This document shows, piece by piece, positions 1-10,870 of a stretch of 32,000 nucleotides of DNA. The notes beneath the pieces are model-generated. The model saw nothing but the letters and a program-made list of their open reading frames with translations, was not told where the DNA came from and did no database searches. The position numbers and the translations under genes were made by a program. This DNA comes from Mycoplasma mycoides subsp. capri (GTDB lineage: Bacteria; Bacillota_I; Bacilli_A; Mycoplasmatales; Mycoplasmataceae), in contig NZ_CP065581.1 of NCBI RefSeq assembly GCF_018389705.1, positions 600,001 to 632,000 of the forward strand, read 5' to 3'. Within the stretch, counting starts at the first letter, position 1. Every line of letters begins with the position of its first letter.

Positions 1-361
1 GTAATTTCTTTTCACTAGATTTTTGAAAATATTTAGAAATAAGTTTTGTAGAATATTCTCTAATCTTTAAGTCTTCTTTTTTATCTAAAATTTTTTTTAG
101 ATCTTTTTTTAATTTATCTGCAAAACTGTCTGTTTTTTCATCTTTTTCTTTTTTAGTAGAAGGCTGATCTTTTGGTAAATCTTGCTCACTAGGATTTAAA
201 CTACCATTGGGTTTTTCTAATTCTTTTGATTTTTGATTAGAATCGTTTTTATTATCTTTTTCTTTTATTTTTTGATTAGTATTATCTGTTTTACATGAAA
301 CAACAATTAGTGAAGAACTTAAAGCTGTTATAAAACTTAATAATGTTAAAATTTTTTTCAT
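1..361 (-). CDS. Lipoprotein, 3'-truncated by window edge; paralog of the adjacent lipoprotein
   Basis: Open frame from ATG at 359-361 to the window edge: MKKILTLLSFITALSSSLIVVSCKTDNTNQKIKEKDKNDSN..., with a lipobox-like VVSC. N-terminus identical to the 439..1156 gene over about 38 aa. Confidence 0.85.
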   Translation of the reverse strand, partial: MKKILTLLSFITALSSSLIVVSCKTDNTNQKIKEKDNKNDSNQKSKELEKPNGSLNPSEQDLPKDQPSTKKEKDEKTDSFADKLKKDLKKILDKKEDLKIREYSTKLISKYFQKSSEKKL

Positions 362-438
362 ATATTTTCCTTAGATTTTTATTTTTATTATTTATTAAAT
401 ATAAAAAAAGACACTCTTAATTTTTGGGGCTAAAATGC

Positions 439-1156
439 TTAAATTTTGCTTTTTTCTAATCTGGCTGATTTATCAACTATATCAAATAATTTGGTTTTTA
501 TACTATCATAATCTTTTTTAGTTAATAAACTATTTATTTCATTTATTCTAGTTTTTAATTCTTGTTCAAATTCATTAGATATCTTTTTTTTCAAGTAATT
601 CTCTAGTAGTGTCTAAAATTAACTCTTTGTTATCTTTTGTTATTTTATCTAATAATTCTTTAAGTTTTTTTGTTTCATTATTATTAATATTATTATCTAA
701 ACTATCACTAAATAAAAGTGTTATCTCTGTTTTGACATCATCAAATTTAGATTCATCAAATAATTTTGAAATTTTATTTTCTAAATTAGTTAATTGTTCA
801 AGTGATTGCTTTTGACTAGATCTTTGTAAAAACTTAGAAATAAGACTTGCTGAATATCCTAAAATTTTTGAACTTTGCTTTGTATCTAAAACTTCTTTTA
901 CTTCTTTTTTAATTTTTTCAGCAAAGTCATCTATTTTTTCATTTTTTTCTTCTTTAGTAATAGGTTGATCTTTTGGTAAATCTTTTTCACTTGGGTTTAA
1001 GTTATTGTTAGGTGTTTCTGTTTCTTTTTTATTTGAATCAGTTTTATTATCTTTTTCTTTTATTTTTTGATTAGTATTATCTGTTTTACATGAAACAACA
1101 ATTAGTGAAGAACTTAAAGCTGTTATAAAACTTAATAATGTTAAAATTTTTTTCAT
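439..1156 (-). CDS. Lipoprotein, tandem paralog; ORF stops at 575 but the conserved-looking frame resumes after an A8 tract (584-591) and runs to TAA at 439-441
   Basis: ORF 575..1156 has signal peptide plus VVSC lipobox. With 7 instead of 8 A residues the frame continues ...LLEKKISNEFEQELKTRINEINSLLTKKDYDSIKTKLFDIVDKSARLEKSKI*. Confidence 0.7.
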
Positions 1157-1284
1157 ATATTTTTCCTAGATTTTTATTTTTTATTATTTTTTAAATAAAT
1201 ATGAACCAATAAAACTATTAAAGATTAAAAAATAAGATCTACTAAAATAAACTAAAAAAGTTTTTTAATTTATTTTAATCTATC

Positions 1285-1923
1285 TTATTTATTATCAATG
1301 TTTTTTATCATATTAGCAATACTACTTGCAATATAGTTAGGATCATCAACATTAGCATCAATTACTCAAAAAGGAACAACTTCTTTATAAATGTTGTATC
1401 AAAACTCATAAGCATTAGTTAAATTTAATCAAAATAAATCATTTGTATCTAGTTCAACATCTCTTGAACGTTTATTAATTCTTTGAATAGCTTTATATGG
1501 ATCAACTTTTAAATATATCACAACATCAAAAGTTTTTCAATTATTTTTTATATCAAATATATTTGGAAGAATGCAAGTTAAAAAATAGTCTTTAAAAACA
1601 TTATAATCAGTATCACTTAACCGATTATACATATGATCAGTTTGACTAAATACCATTGAATCTAAAATACTTCTATCATAAATAACATTTTGATGATCTT
1701 TATATTTAATAAAAGTTTTCATACGATCAGTTAGCATTCATAAATCTAATTTATAATTATAATCTTGAACATTTTTATTAGTATCATCATATGCTTTATT
1801 AAAATAAGGACAATCTAAACTAGTTTCATTTATAAAAACATAACTTGAATCTAAAAGTTTTTTTAAATTTTCTAATAAAGTAGTTTTACCAGCACCTGTT
1901 GTTCCAAAAATTGCTATTCTCAT
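1285..1923 (-). CDS. Deoxynucleoside kinase (deoxyadenosine/deoxyguanosine kinase family)
   Basis: P-loop MRIAIFGTTGAGKTTL; NETS, RSILDSMVF and KRSRDVELD motifs. Two track ORFs joined in one frame across TGA(Trp); TAA at 1285-1287; 212 aa. Confidence 0.85.
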
Positions 1924-1932
1924 TTTTTCTTT

Positions 1933-2592
1933 CTAATCTATTTTAAAATATAGATCATTTAATATTTGATAAATTTTTTTTGAAGCTTTATTTATAAATT
2001 GATCAAATTGTAACATATTTGAATCACTTACAAACATAACATCACTTATAACTTTAATACTACTAATTGGTTTTTTATATAAATAAGCAACATGAAATAA
2101 ACTACAAGCTTCCATATCTACTATATCTATTTTGTCATTGATTTTATTAATAAATTGAGTTAAATGCTCATACTTATTAATAAAAACATCTCCACTTGCA
2201 ATATTACATATTTTATAATCTAAACTTAGATTTAAAAAATTATTAGCTAAAAAATATTTAGGTAATTTTGGAATTTGACCATAAGAATAACTAAACCCAG
2301 TCACATCAACACTAAAATAATAAGCCTTATTAACTATAACAATATCATTTTGTTTATATTCTTGATTTAAACTACAACAAGTCCCTATATTTAAAATTTG
2401 ATCAATTTGATAATGATTTAATATATAACTTAAACAACAACTAGCATTTACTAATCCAATCTTACTAATAGCTAATAAAATATTTTGATATTGATATAGT
2501 TTTAAAATATCATTATCAATAATTAATTGAGCATTAGTTTTTTTTAAAGTGTATGCTAGTTCTTCATACATTGCACTAATTATTAGTTTCAT
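1933..2592 (-). CDS. mtnN: 5'-methylthioadenosine/S-adenosylhomocysteine nucleosidase
   Basis: 219 aa; MKLIISAMYEELAYTL..., NIGTCCSL, VDMEACSLFHVAY, VISDV motifs of the PNP/UDP phosphorylase superfamily. Confidence 0.85.
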   Translation of the reverse strand: MKLIISAMYEELAYTLKKTNAQLIIDNDILKLYQYQNILLAISKIGLVNASCCLSYILNHYQIDQILNIGTCCSLNQEYKQNDIVIVNKAYYFSVDVTGFSYSYGQIPKLPKYFLANNFLNLSLDYKICNIASGDVFINKYEHLTQFINKINDKIDIVDMEACSLFHVAYLYKKPISSIKVISDVMFVSDSNMLQFDQFINKASKKIYQILNDLYFKID

Positions 2593-3694
2593 AATTGTAA
2601 TCTTTTAAATAATAATTTATAGTTTTTATTAACATTGATCCAATATGATCTTTTCCATGTTTTTTTATAGCTAAATCATATTGGTTTTTTAATAAAGTTT
2701 TAAATCCTAACATTAAATCAGAAAAACATAATTCTCTTAATTTATCAACACCTAAATAATCTCTTTCAATACTAATCTTATCTGCACAAAAAACAATAAT
2801 ATCTAATAAAGACATATTTTCAGATCCAACTGTGTGATTAAATACAGCATTTAAAATTTCTTTATCATCAATTAATCAATCATATAATAAATGTAAATAA
2901 GCTGTATATGAATGTCATACTGGATATGGTTCATTTATAAGTTGTGGTAAATAAGTTTTTAAATAATTTAAAGATTGTTCTTTTGATCATCTTTTTGTAA
3001 TATCGTGAAGTGTTCCAGCTATTAAGGCTTTTTTAGGATCAACATTTCATTTAATAGCTAAATCATGAGCCATTTTTCCAACATTTAAACAATGTATATA
3101 ACGTTTTTGATCCATTTTAGTTTCTAAACGTTCATATAAATACATTAAATTATAATTTACATAATCATTAATTTCTTTGATTTGTTTGTCTAAATGTTTT
3201 AAATTTCTAATATCTGTTGAACTTAAATAATTATTTTCAAATTCAAATAATTCTAAATTATATTTATTTAAAACTTGTTTGTTATAATCTTCATTTCTTT
3301 TAAAAACTTTAAAATCAATCATTTTTATAAGTTCATCAAAATTATTTCACTCTTCAAAACGATCTAATTGATCTGAACCCATAATAAAAGAAAAATGATC
3401 ATTTGGATTAGTTTTTAGTATATGTTTTACTGTTTGATATGTTGGTGTTGTTTTTTTATTTTTAATTTCATAATCATAAATTTTAATATAACTAAATTTA
3501 TTTTTAATAATTTCTAACATATTTAAACGATCAACTATACTACTATTTTGTTTAGTTTTAAAAGGATTTAAATAAGCTGGAATTAGTCAAACTTCATCAA
3601 ATTTTAATTTTTCATAACAAGTTTTTATGATATTAACATGATCAGTATGAATCGGATCAAAACTACCACCAAATAAAGCGATTTTTTTACTCAT
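2576..3694 (-). CDS. nadD: Nicotinate-nucleotide adenylyltransferase fused to a C-terminal HD (YqeK-like) hydrolase domain
   Basis: Frame from ATG 3692-3694: MSKKIALFGGSFDPIHTDHVNI... (nucleotidyltransferase motif), then ...RYIHCLNVGKMAHDLAIK... and IVFCADKISIERDY; 372 aa with TGA as Trp. Ends at 2576, overlapping the mtnN start by 17 nt. Confidence 0.85.
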
Positions 3695-3711
3695 TATTGC
3701 ACCTAAATTAT

Positions 3712-3990
3712 TTAAATATTCTGATTTTGTTTTTCTTTTTTAAGAATTTCATCAATTTCTTCATCAATTATACTGATTTCAACTTCAATTGGCTGTTTAT
3801 CAATATTATTTGAATTTTTTTGATTTTTTTTAGAGTTTTTCTTTTTTCTTGTTTTAAATTTATAACGTAAAAAAGAAATTATAAAAATTATTAAAGCTAA
3901 ACCAGCAATTGTTCCAAGAATTGTAGCAATGATTCAAAAAGGAATAGCTATTCCAAAAACTTCAATTGGTTTAAAATTTTTTATATACAT
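3712..3990 (-). CDS. Small single-TM membrane protein with charged C-terminal tail
   Basis: 92 aa: MYIKNFKPIEVFGIAIPFWIIATILGTIAGLALIIFIISFLRYKFKTRKKKNSKKNQK...; contains a TGA(Trp), absent from the ORF track. Confidence 0.65.
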
Positions 3991-4006
3991 TTAATAAAAA
4001 TTGTTT

Positions 4007-4768
4007 CTATCTGATAATTTTTTTTGGCTTTATTGCTAATGATCTTTTATGTTTACTAATTTTATGTAAATAATCAATACGTTTTTTTAATTTAGGATCA
4101 TTATTTTGCTTTAATAAATAGCTATCAATTAAATCATAACTAAACCCAATTTCACCTTCATCAGTTTGTCCTTCTCACAATCCTGCTGTTGGTTTTCTAT
4201 TAATTATAATTTCTGGAACATTTAAAATTTGTGCAGCTTTTTTAACTTCAGATTTTAATAAATGAATAATAGGAACAACATCAACTCCGCCATCACCATA
4301 CTTAGTAAAATAACCTATATGTCATTCATCTAAATTATCAGTTCCTAAAACTAAATATCTTTTAGTTTGAGCAATTGTGTATAAAGTTGTCATTCTCAAT
4401 CTAGCTTTAGCATTTGAAATAGCTAATAAACTTGGTTTTTCATCTAAATTAGAAAAACTATTTTTAAATGCATCAAAACTAGCTTCTAAGTTAACTTCAA
4501 TATTTTTTAACTGATTAGTTTTAATAAGTTCATTAGCACAATCATAATCTAGTTGTGAAGAATAAATTGGCATTCATACAGTTAAATAGTTATCTGGAAA
4601 GGCTAGTTTTGCTAGATTTGCAACAACTGCTGAATCAATTCCTCCACTAATTCCAACAACAACACCATCACATTTAGCTTTTTTTACAGTTTGTTGAATA
4701 AATTCAACCAAATAATCTAAATATTGTTTTAAATTAGTTTGCATATTAATCTGTTCACTCCAATTCAT
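4007..4768 (-). CDS. nadE: NAD+ synthetase
   Basis: MNWSEQINMQTNLKQYLD...KCDGVVVGISGGIDSAVVANLA (PP-loop SGGxDS), RARLRMTTLYTIAQ; fragments 4574..4774 and 4322..4573 join via TGA; TAG at 4007-4009. Confidence 0.9.
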
Positions 4769-6047
4769 AATCAAAAACTTTTACAAAATCACCTTTTTTA
4801 ATACCTTTTTTAACTAATGTTTCATAAACACCGGTTTCTTTTAATTTTTCATTAAACATTAACAAGTTATCTTCAGTTCATATTGGGAATTTTTGATAAA
4901 TTTTAAAAATGGTTTCTCCAGCAATTTCTCAACGATTATTACCTTTGTTATAAACTTGAATATCTTCTTTTTGTTCTTCAAATTTATAAATTGCTATTTC
5001 ATCTTGATCATTATTTTTATCTAATTCTCATAAAGGTTGTTTTTTTGCAACTTTTAATTCTTCATAAATCATAAATAATAATTGATCTATATTTTCTTTT
5101 TTTAAACCTGAAATTTGTACAACTTTTTTATCTTTAAAATAATTAATTATTTTTTCATCTAATAAATTTAGTTGAGCTTCATCTAAATCCATTTTATTTA
5201 AGACAATAACTTCAGGTCTTTTTTCTAAATTAAGATTATAAGCCTTTAGTTCATCTCTAATTAATTCATAATTTTTTATAATATCTTCTGAACCAAAATT
5301 TCCAGAAGCATCAATTATATGACAAATTACTAAACATCTTTCAATATGTTTTAAAAATTGATGACCAAGACCTTTTCCTAAACTAGCTCCTTGAATTAAT
5401 CCAGGTAAATCAGCTACTATAAAAGTATCATTATTTTTAGTTCTAGCAACTCCAAGTTGTGGAGTAATTGTTGTAAATGGATAATCAGCAACAACAGGTT
5501 TAGAATTTGAAATTGCTCTTAATAAAGTTGATTTTCCAGCATTTGGTAAACCAACAAATCCAACATCAGCTAATACTTTTAATTCAGCTCTAATTTCAAA
5601 TTCTTGACCTAATTCTCCGGCTTCAAAAATAGTTGGGGCTTTGTTTCTTGAATTTGCAAATCTTGCATTTCCTTTTCCACCCTTACCACCTTTAGCAATT
5701 AAAACTAGTTTATTATTTTCATTAATATCAGCTAATATAGTATTAGTTTTTTTATCATATAAAATAGTTCCTACAGGCACTTTAATGATTTTATCTTCAC
5801 CTTTAGCACCGTGCATATTTTTAATATCACCTTTAAAACCATCTTGAGCACTATATTTTTTTTGCAATTTTAGATCTAATAGTGAGTGTTTACCTTCATC
5901 TCCTAAAAAATAAACAGATCCACCATCACCACCATCTCCACCATTAGGACCACCATTAGGAACAAATAAAGCATGTAAAAAACTAACAGCTCCATCTCCA
6001 CCTTTACCTGCTTTAATAATTAAATCAGCAGAATCAACAAATTTCAT
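4746..6047 (-). CDS. obg: Obg family GTPase (CgtA) with C-terminal OCT domain
   Basis: MKFVDSADLIIKAGKGGDGAVSFLH..., GLPNAGKSTLLRA, DLPGLI. Beyond TGA(Trp) at 5028 the frame adds ...YNKGNNRWEIAGE...KKGIKKGDFVKVFDYELEWTD*; 433 aa. Confidence 0.95.
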
Positions 6048-6117
6048 ATAGCACCTACTTTATATTTCTTGTTTATAATATTTTAATATTATAAAATTCA
6101 TTTTTAAAAATATCTCT

Positions 6118-6432
6118 TTAATTGCATTGATTAGTTAAAGTATTTCAACACTCGTCACATAAAAAAGTTGGAATATTTTTTTTATAATTATTTTCTTCTA
6201 ATTTATCTCAAATAACAATTTGTTCATTTACAAGTTGTTCAACTTCTTTTTCACTTAGTTTTTTAGTTTGTTTTTTTATTAAAGATCCAATTGGAATTGG
6301 AGATTGATTAGTTACAAAACTAATCTCATAACTATCACATAAAGAACAAGTGATATTAAAAAACTTAACCATAAAAAAATTATAGTCTTTAAAATACTTA
6401 TAGTTTTTAGGATCAAAATTAATATTATTCAT
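6118..6432 (-). CDS. Small hypothetical protein with two CxxC pairs (putative zinc ribbon)
   Basis: From MNNINF: ...NITCSLCDSYEISF...VNEQIVIWDKLEENNYKKNIPTFLCDECWNTLTNQCN*; track ORF extended through TGA to TAA 6118-6120. ATG overlaps the upstream gene's stop (ATGAATAA). The frame also allows an upstream start at 6465. Confidence 0.65.
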
Positions 6433-7174
6433 TTTCAAATACACCTGTTTTTTTAATTTCATCAATGATTTTATCTACTTTTTTATTATCAAATTCTATT
6501 AACTTGTTTAATTTTTTTAAATCAAATTCTAAATCATTTAACTGATAAGATAACTTAATAACAGCTATTATAGTTTCACTTGATTTTAGTATTTCAACAT
6601 ATGGAAAACTATAAATAAAATATGAGAATAATATTTGTTTACAAGTTTGATTTAAAAAAATGTCTTTTTGATCAATACAATCTAAAATATTTTGTTCAAT
6701 TTGATAATAAGTATTAAAAATTTCATTTGTATTTAATAAAATCGGATTAATTTTAAAACTAGTATTTTTATTTTTAACAACATCAAAATTTCAATCTATT
6801 TGTTGATCAGCTAAACTAATTAATAATAAAGCTTTATTTTCATAAACATTTTCTAAATTTAATAAATAATTTATAATATCATCTATTATTAATCTAATGT
6901 TTATATTTATTAAATTTTTAATTGCAATAATTTGATCTAATTGATTTTTAGAATTTAATAAATTTTTAATTTCTAAAACACTATAAGTTTTATTTAAATT
7001 AGTAGCTTGTTTTTCTTTAATTTCTTTTAAAAACTTATATAAAGATTTTTCAAAATCATTTGGAATATAACTTATTTCTAGTTCTTGATTAATTAGTTTT
7101 AAAGCTTGGTCAAATTTATTATTATCAATTAGATCTCTAATTTGATCTAGTGTTTGTTCATAGTAGTTTTTCAT
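6425..7174 (-). CDS. Conserved-looking hypothetical protein, helix-rich (249 aa)
   Basis: MKNYYEQTLDQIRDLIDNNKFDQALKLINQELEI... to ...IIDEIKKTGVFENE*; internal TGA(Trp) at 6791. The track start at 7264 lies inside the tRNA and is rejected. Confidence 0.75.
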
Positions 7175-7193
7175 GATGGTTCTCTTTAAAATA

Positions 7194-7217
7194 AAAAATC
7201 GTGCTTTGCACGATTTT
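7194..7217 (-). terminator. Putative Rho-independent terminator (possibly processing hairpin) after tRNA-Arg
   Basis: Inverted repeat AAAATCGTGC-TTT-GCACGATTTT immediately 3' of the tRNA on the minus strand. Confidence 0.6.
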
Positions 7218-7228
7218 AGTTTTCTAGA

Positions 7229-7305
7229 TGGTGCCCACGAGAAGGCTCGAACTTCCGACCTCACGCTTAGAAGGCGCGTGCTCTATCCTACTGAGCTACA
7301 TGGGC
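7229..7305 (-). tRNA. tRNA-Arg (anticodon UCU)
   Basis: Cloverleaf GCCCATG-TA-GCTC-AGTAGGATA-GAGC-A-CGCGC-CTTCTAA-GCGTG-AGGTC-GGAAG-TTCGAGC-CTTCT-CGTGGGC-A-CCA; 7-bp acceptor, encoded CCA. Confidence 0.95.
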
Positions 7306-7360
7306 AATAACAATCATATATAAATTTATCATATTTATATATGAAAAGAAACAATCTTAA

Positions 7361-8968
7361 TTAATTTTTAAAATTTTCTAATTTGTGAATAATTAATAAA
7401 GTCTGACTATAGTCATCTTTATTTTTTACATGTTTAAAATTTGATAAAAGTTTAGATATTTTATAAGTAATTTCATTAATAGTTTTTTTATCATATAAAG
7501 CTTTTTTTCTTTTATATGGACCAAATGTAATAATAAAATATTTAACAATTAATTCTCAAGAATAGTTATATCTTCTAGCAGTTGAAGGAACTAAAGCTAA
7601 AATTAAAGAAATAATTTTTAACATATTAACAAATTGATTATTAGTTTTTAAAACTTCTATTCTAAACTCTTTTTTAATAATTTCTTTTAAAACATCTTGA
7701 TTAAATTTTAAATCTTCTAAACTAATTGAATTATATTGTTTTTTATAAATATTATGATCATTTAATTTGTATAAATGTAAAGTATCAACTAAAGCTAATT
7801 TTTTTCTTTGAATTAAAAAATCAGCTAAATAATTACTATCAACTTTTAAAATATCAATTAAATTAATATAGTTTGTAGATAATAAAACTGCATCTAAAAA
7901 ATCAATAATACGATCTTTATCACATACAAATTTAGAATAATCTTTTAATGATGAAATATGATGTCCAATTTGAATTGGATTATAGTCTTTAATTAAAAAT
8001 GGTAGTAAAAATCTATCACTATCATCATAATTTTTATTTAATGGATCAATTTTATTAGTTAAATAAATAGTTGAAGTTTGATTTGAAGTTTTATTAATTA
8101 AAAACAAGTTTATATAATTATAAAAACTATCAAATATTTCTTCACCATCACTTAAAGCTCATACTGATTTAATACGGTCTTTTAAAAACAAAGCAGTATA
8201 TTTTGCTAATTGAAAAACTAATTTATATTTTTTTTCAACAGAAAAACTAGTTCAATTTTCTTGTTTAAAGTTTAATAAAAAAGTGTTTCACTCTTCATCA
8301 TATTCTAAAATATCAATATGTGATTTAAAGTAATTTAATTCATTTGATGATAATGGTCGTCCTGATTTTAAAGCATTTAAGATATTTTGTTTAGTATAGA
8401 TTTTTTTAATATTATTAAACATTTGTGCTTCATTTGTAATATCTATAACTAACATAGTTAAAAATAAAGGATAAACTAGAGAATGATAAACTATCTTATC
8501 ATTATTTCTTGCTAAAAAGTTTGTATCAAAACGATGCATTTTAGATAATTCAATTAATAATAAAGTTAAAAAATCACTATTGTAGTTATTATTATTAGTT
8601 AGGATTAAATTATCTGCAATATATCTAATTGAAATATTTTCAATAATAAAAGAAATTTCTTCCAGTTCATTTTTAGTTAATTTTGAACTATAAACTGAGG
8701 TTTTTGAATTATTATAATTTAAATATTCAAAAAATCTTGAATAATTATTTGTAATATATTTACAAATTTCACTAATAGATGAATCATCAATATTTATTAA
8801 AGGTTTATCTTTTAAAATTTGATATTGAAACAATCCATAATGAGTGATTTCAAAAATTTCATTAATCTTTTTTTTCAATAATTCATCAACTTTTTTAAAT
8901 CTATCTGTTTTTATTTTCTTAACCATATCATGAAAATAAACTCAATATATAGATTCTTGTACTGGCAT
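7361..8968 (-). CDS. Hypothetical protein, 535 aa, no recognised family
   Basis: Single frame from MPVQESIYWVYFHDMVKKIK... to ...LLIIHKLENFKN* (TAA 7361-7363), joining ORFs 8288..8926 and 7556..8107 across several TGA(Trp). Confidence 0.8.
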
Positions 8969-9001
8969 AATTACACCTACTTTATAAATAAGAATTTAAT
9001 C

Positions 9002-10855
9002 TTATTGCATCAATCCTGCTTCATATAAGTTTCTAAAATGACCAGGTTGTTTTTTTAATTCATCAAATGTTCCAGATTGAACTATTCCAGTTCCATTAGC
9101 TCCTAAAACATAAATATGATCAACATTTTTAATTGTTGTTAGTCTATGAGCAATTGTAATACACATTCTACCTTTAATCAATTCATCTAATTTATCTTGA
9201 ATTTCTTTTTCAACAACATTATCTAATGCACTTGTTGCTTCATCTAAAATAACAACATCAGGATCTTTTAAAAAGACTCTAGCAATAACTAGTCTTTGTT
9301 TTTGACCACCAGATAAAATAAATCCTCTTTGTCCTAAAACAGTATTATATTGATCTGGTAAAGACATAATAAAATCATGTAGTTCAGCTTTTTTGCATGC
9401 TTCAATTACTTGTTCATCTGTTGCATCAAATTTAGAGTATTTAATATTATCTAAAAAAGTACCATATAAAATTTGTGGTTCTTGTTCAACATAACCAATG
9501 TGATCTAAATAAGCTGGTAAATTAATTCTATTTAAATTATATTCATTATTAATTAAAATTTTTCCACCAGTTGGAGCATAAAATCTTAATAAAAGTTTTG
9601 CTATAGTAGTTTTACCACTACCAGTTTGACCAACAAAAGCATAACTTTTGCCTTTTTCAAAAGTTAAATAAGTTGGTGGAATAACAATTCTTTCAGGTTT
9701 TTTTGGATATGAAAAGCTAATATTATCAAAAACAATACTATCAATTTTATCAATCTTATAACCTTTTAAATTAGAATGGATCATTGGTTTTGGATCTGTA
9801 AGTTCACTAATTCTATTAGCAGCATTAGAAGCAGCAGTTGCTGATCTTAAACTTGGTAATAAAATAGCAATTCCACCAATTAAAGTTGATAATAATGGAA
9901 AAATTAAAGCAATTTCAGCACCTAAATTATTACTTGATTGATTATTAGTTAAATATTGAACTGCAATAATTATAAAAATAATTGGAATTAATAATTGAAT
10001 AACAAAAGTTAAAGAAGTATTTAATAAAGCTGATGAATAAGTAAATTTAGTTAAACCATCTTCATAATTTTGATTTTTTTGTTCTAATCTTTTGATTTCA
10101 AATTCTTCAGTACCACTTGCTTTAATTAATGAAATGTTATTAATTCTATCTGTCATATCAGCATCAGTTTCTCTTTTAACATCAAATGCTAATATTAGCT
10201 TTCTTCTCATATCTATAAAAAAACCAATACAAAATAAATTTGCAACTAATAAATAAATTAATGCTAAAGTTGCTATCATAACTAAATTTTGAGAATACAT
10301 AATTATGATTGCTGTAATTGAACCAGATAAAGCATAAATTAAATTAGTTAAAAACTGTTGTACTCCTAAAGCTAAAAATTGAGTATCTCCAACTAATCTA
10401 GTTAAAATGTTTCCAGAAACATGATCAAAATAAAAGTCAACATCTTGATCAGTTAAAGCTTTTAAAATTTTAAGTCTTTGCATTACTTCAATTTGAGCAG
10501 AATATAAAGATACTGTAAAGTTTGTAAAATATTCACAAATAATAATAATTAATAAATTAATACCAATCACATATAATCAACCAGTTGAATTTAATTCCAT
10601 TCAATTAAATAATCATTGTGTATTATTTTCTACTAATGTATTTATTACTTTTGATGAAAATAAAGGAAGCATTGCAGAAAAAATAGCATCTAGAGATGTA
10701 AAAAATACAACACCAAAAAACAGTAAAGGATTTTGCTTAGCTATTTCAACATTCATTCTAATAAAAAGACCAAATTTTTTAAAAGTAAATTTACCTGTAT
10801 TATCAAAGCTTCACTTTTTTTTGATTTTTGTATAAACTTTTTTTACTTTTGACAT
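9002..10855 (-). CDS. ABC transporter half-molecule, TM domain plus ATPase (MdlB/MsbA-like exporter)
   Basis: 617 aa; start MSKVKKVYTKIKKKW... behind GGGAGGTG; Walker A GQTGSGKTTI, signature LSGGQKQR, Walker [15 protein letters not shown]-loop IAHRL. Confidence 0.9.
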
Positions 10856-10870
10856 ATTTTCACCTCCCTT

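Noticed and set aside
609-815. Plus-strand ORF of 68 aa
   Set aside because: Antisense to the lipoprotein gene; low-complexity mirror of coding sequence, no RBS or family features.
5641-5847. Plus-strand ORF of 68 aa
   Set aside because: Antisense to the highly conserved glycine-rich Obg N-terminal domain.
7175-7264. N-terminal extension MRSEVRAFSWAPSRKLKSCKARFFILKRTI of the 6791..7264 ORF
   Set aside because: Encoded by the tRNA-Arg 3' half and its terminator hairpin; the true start is MKNYYEQ at 7174.
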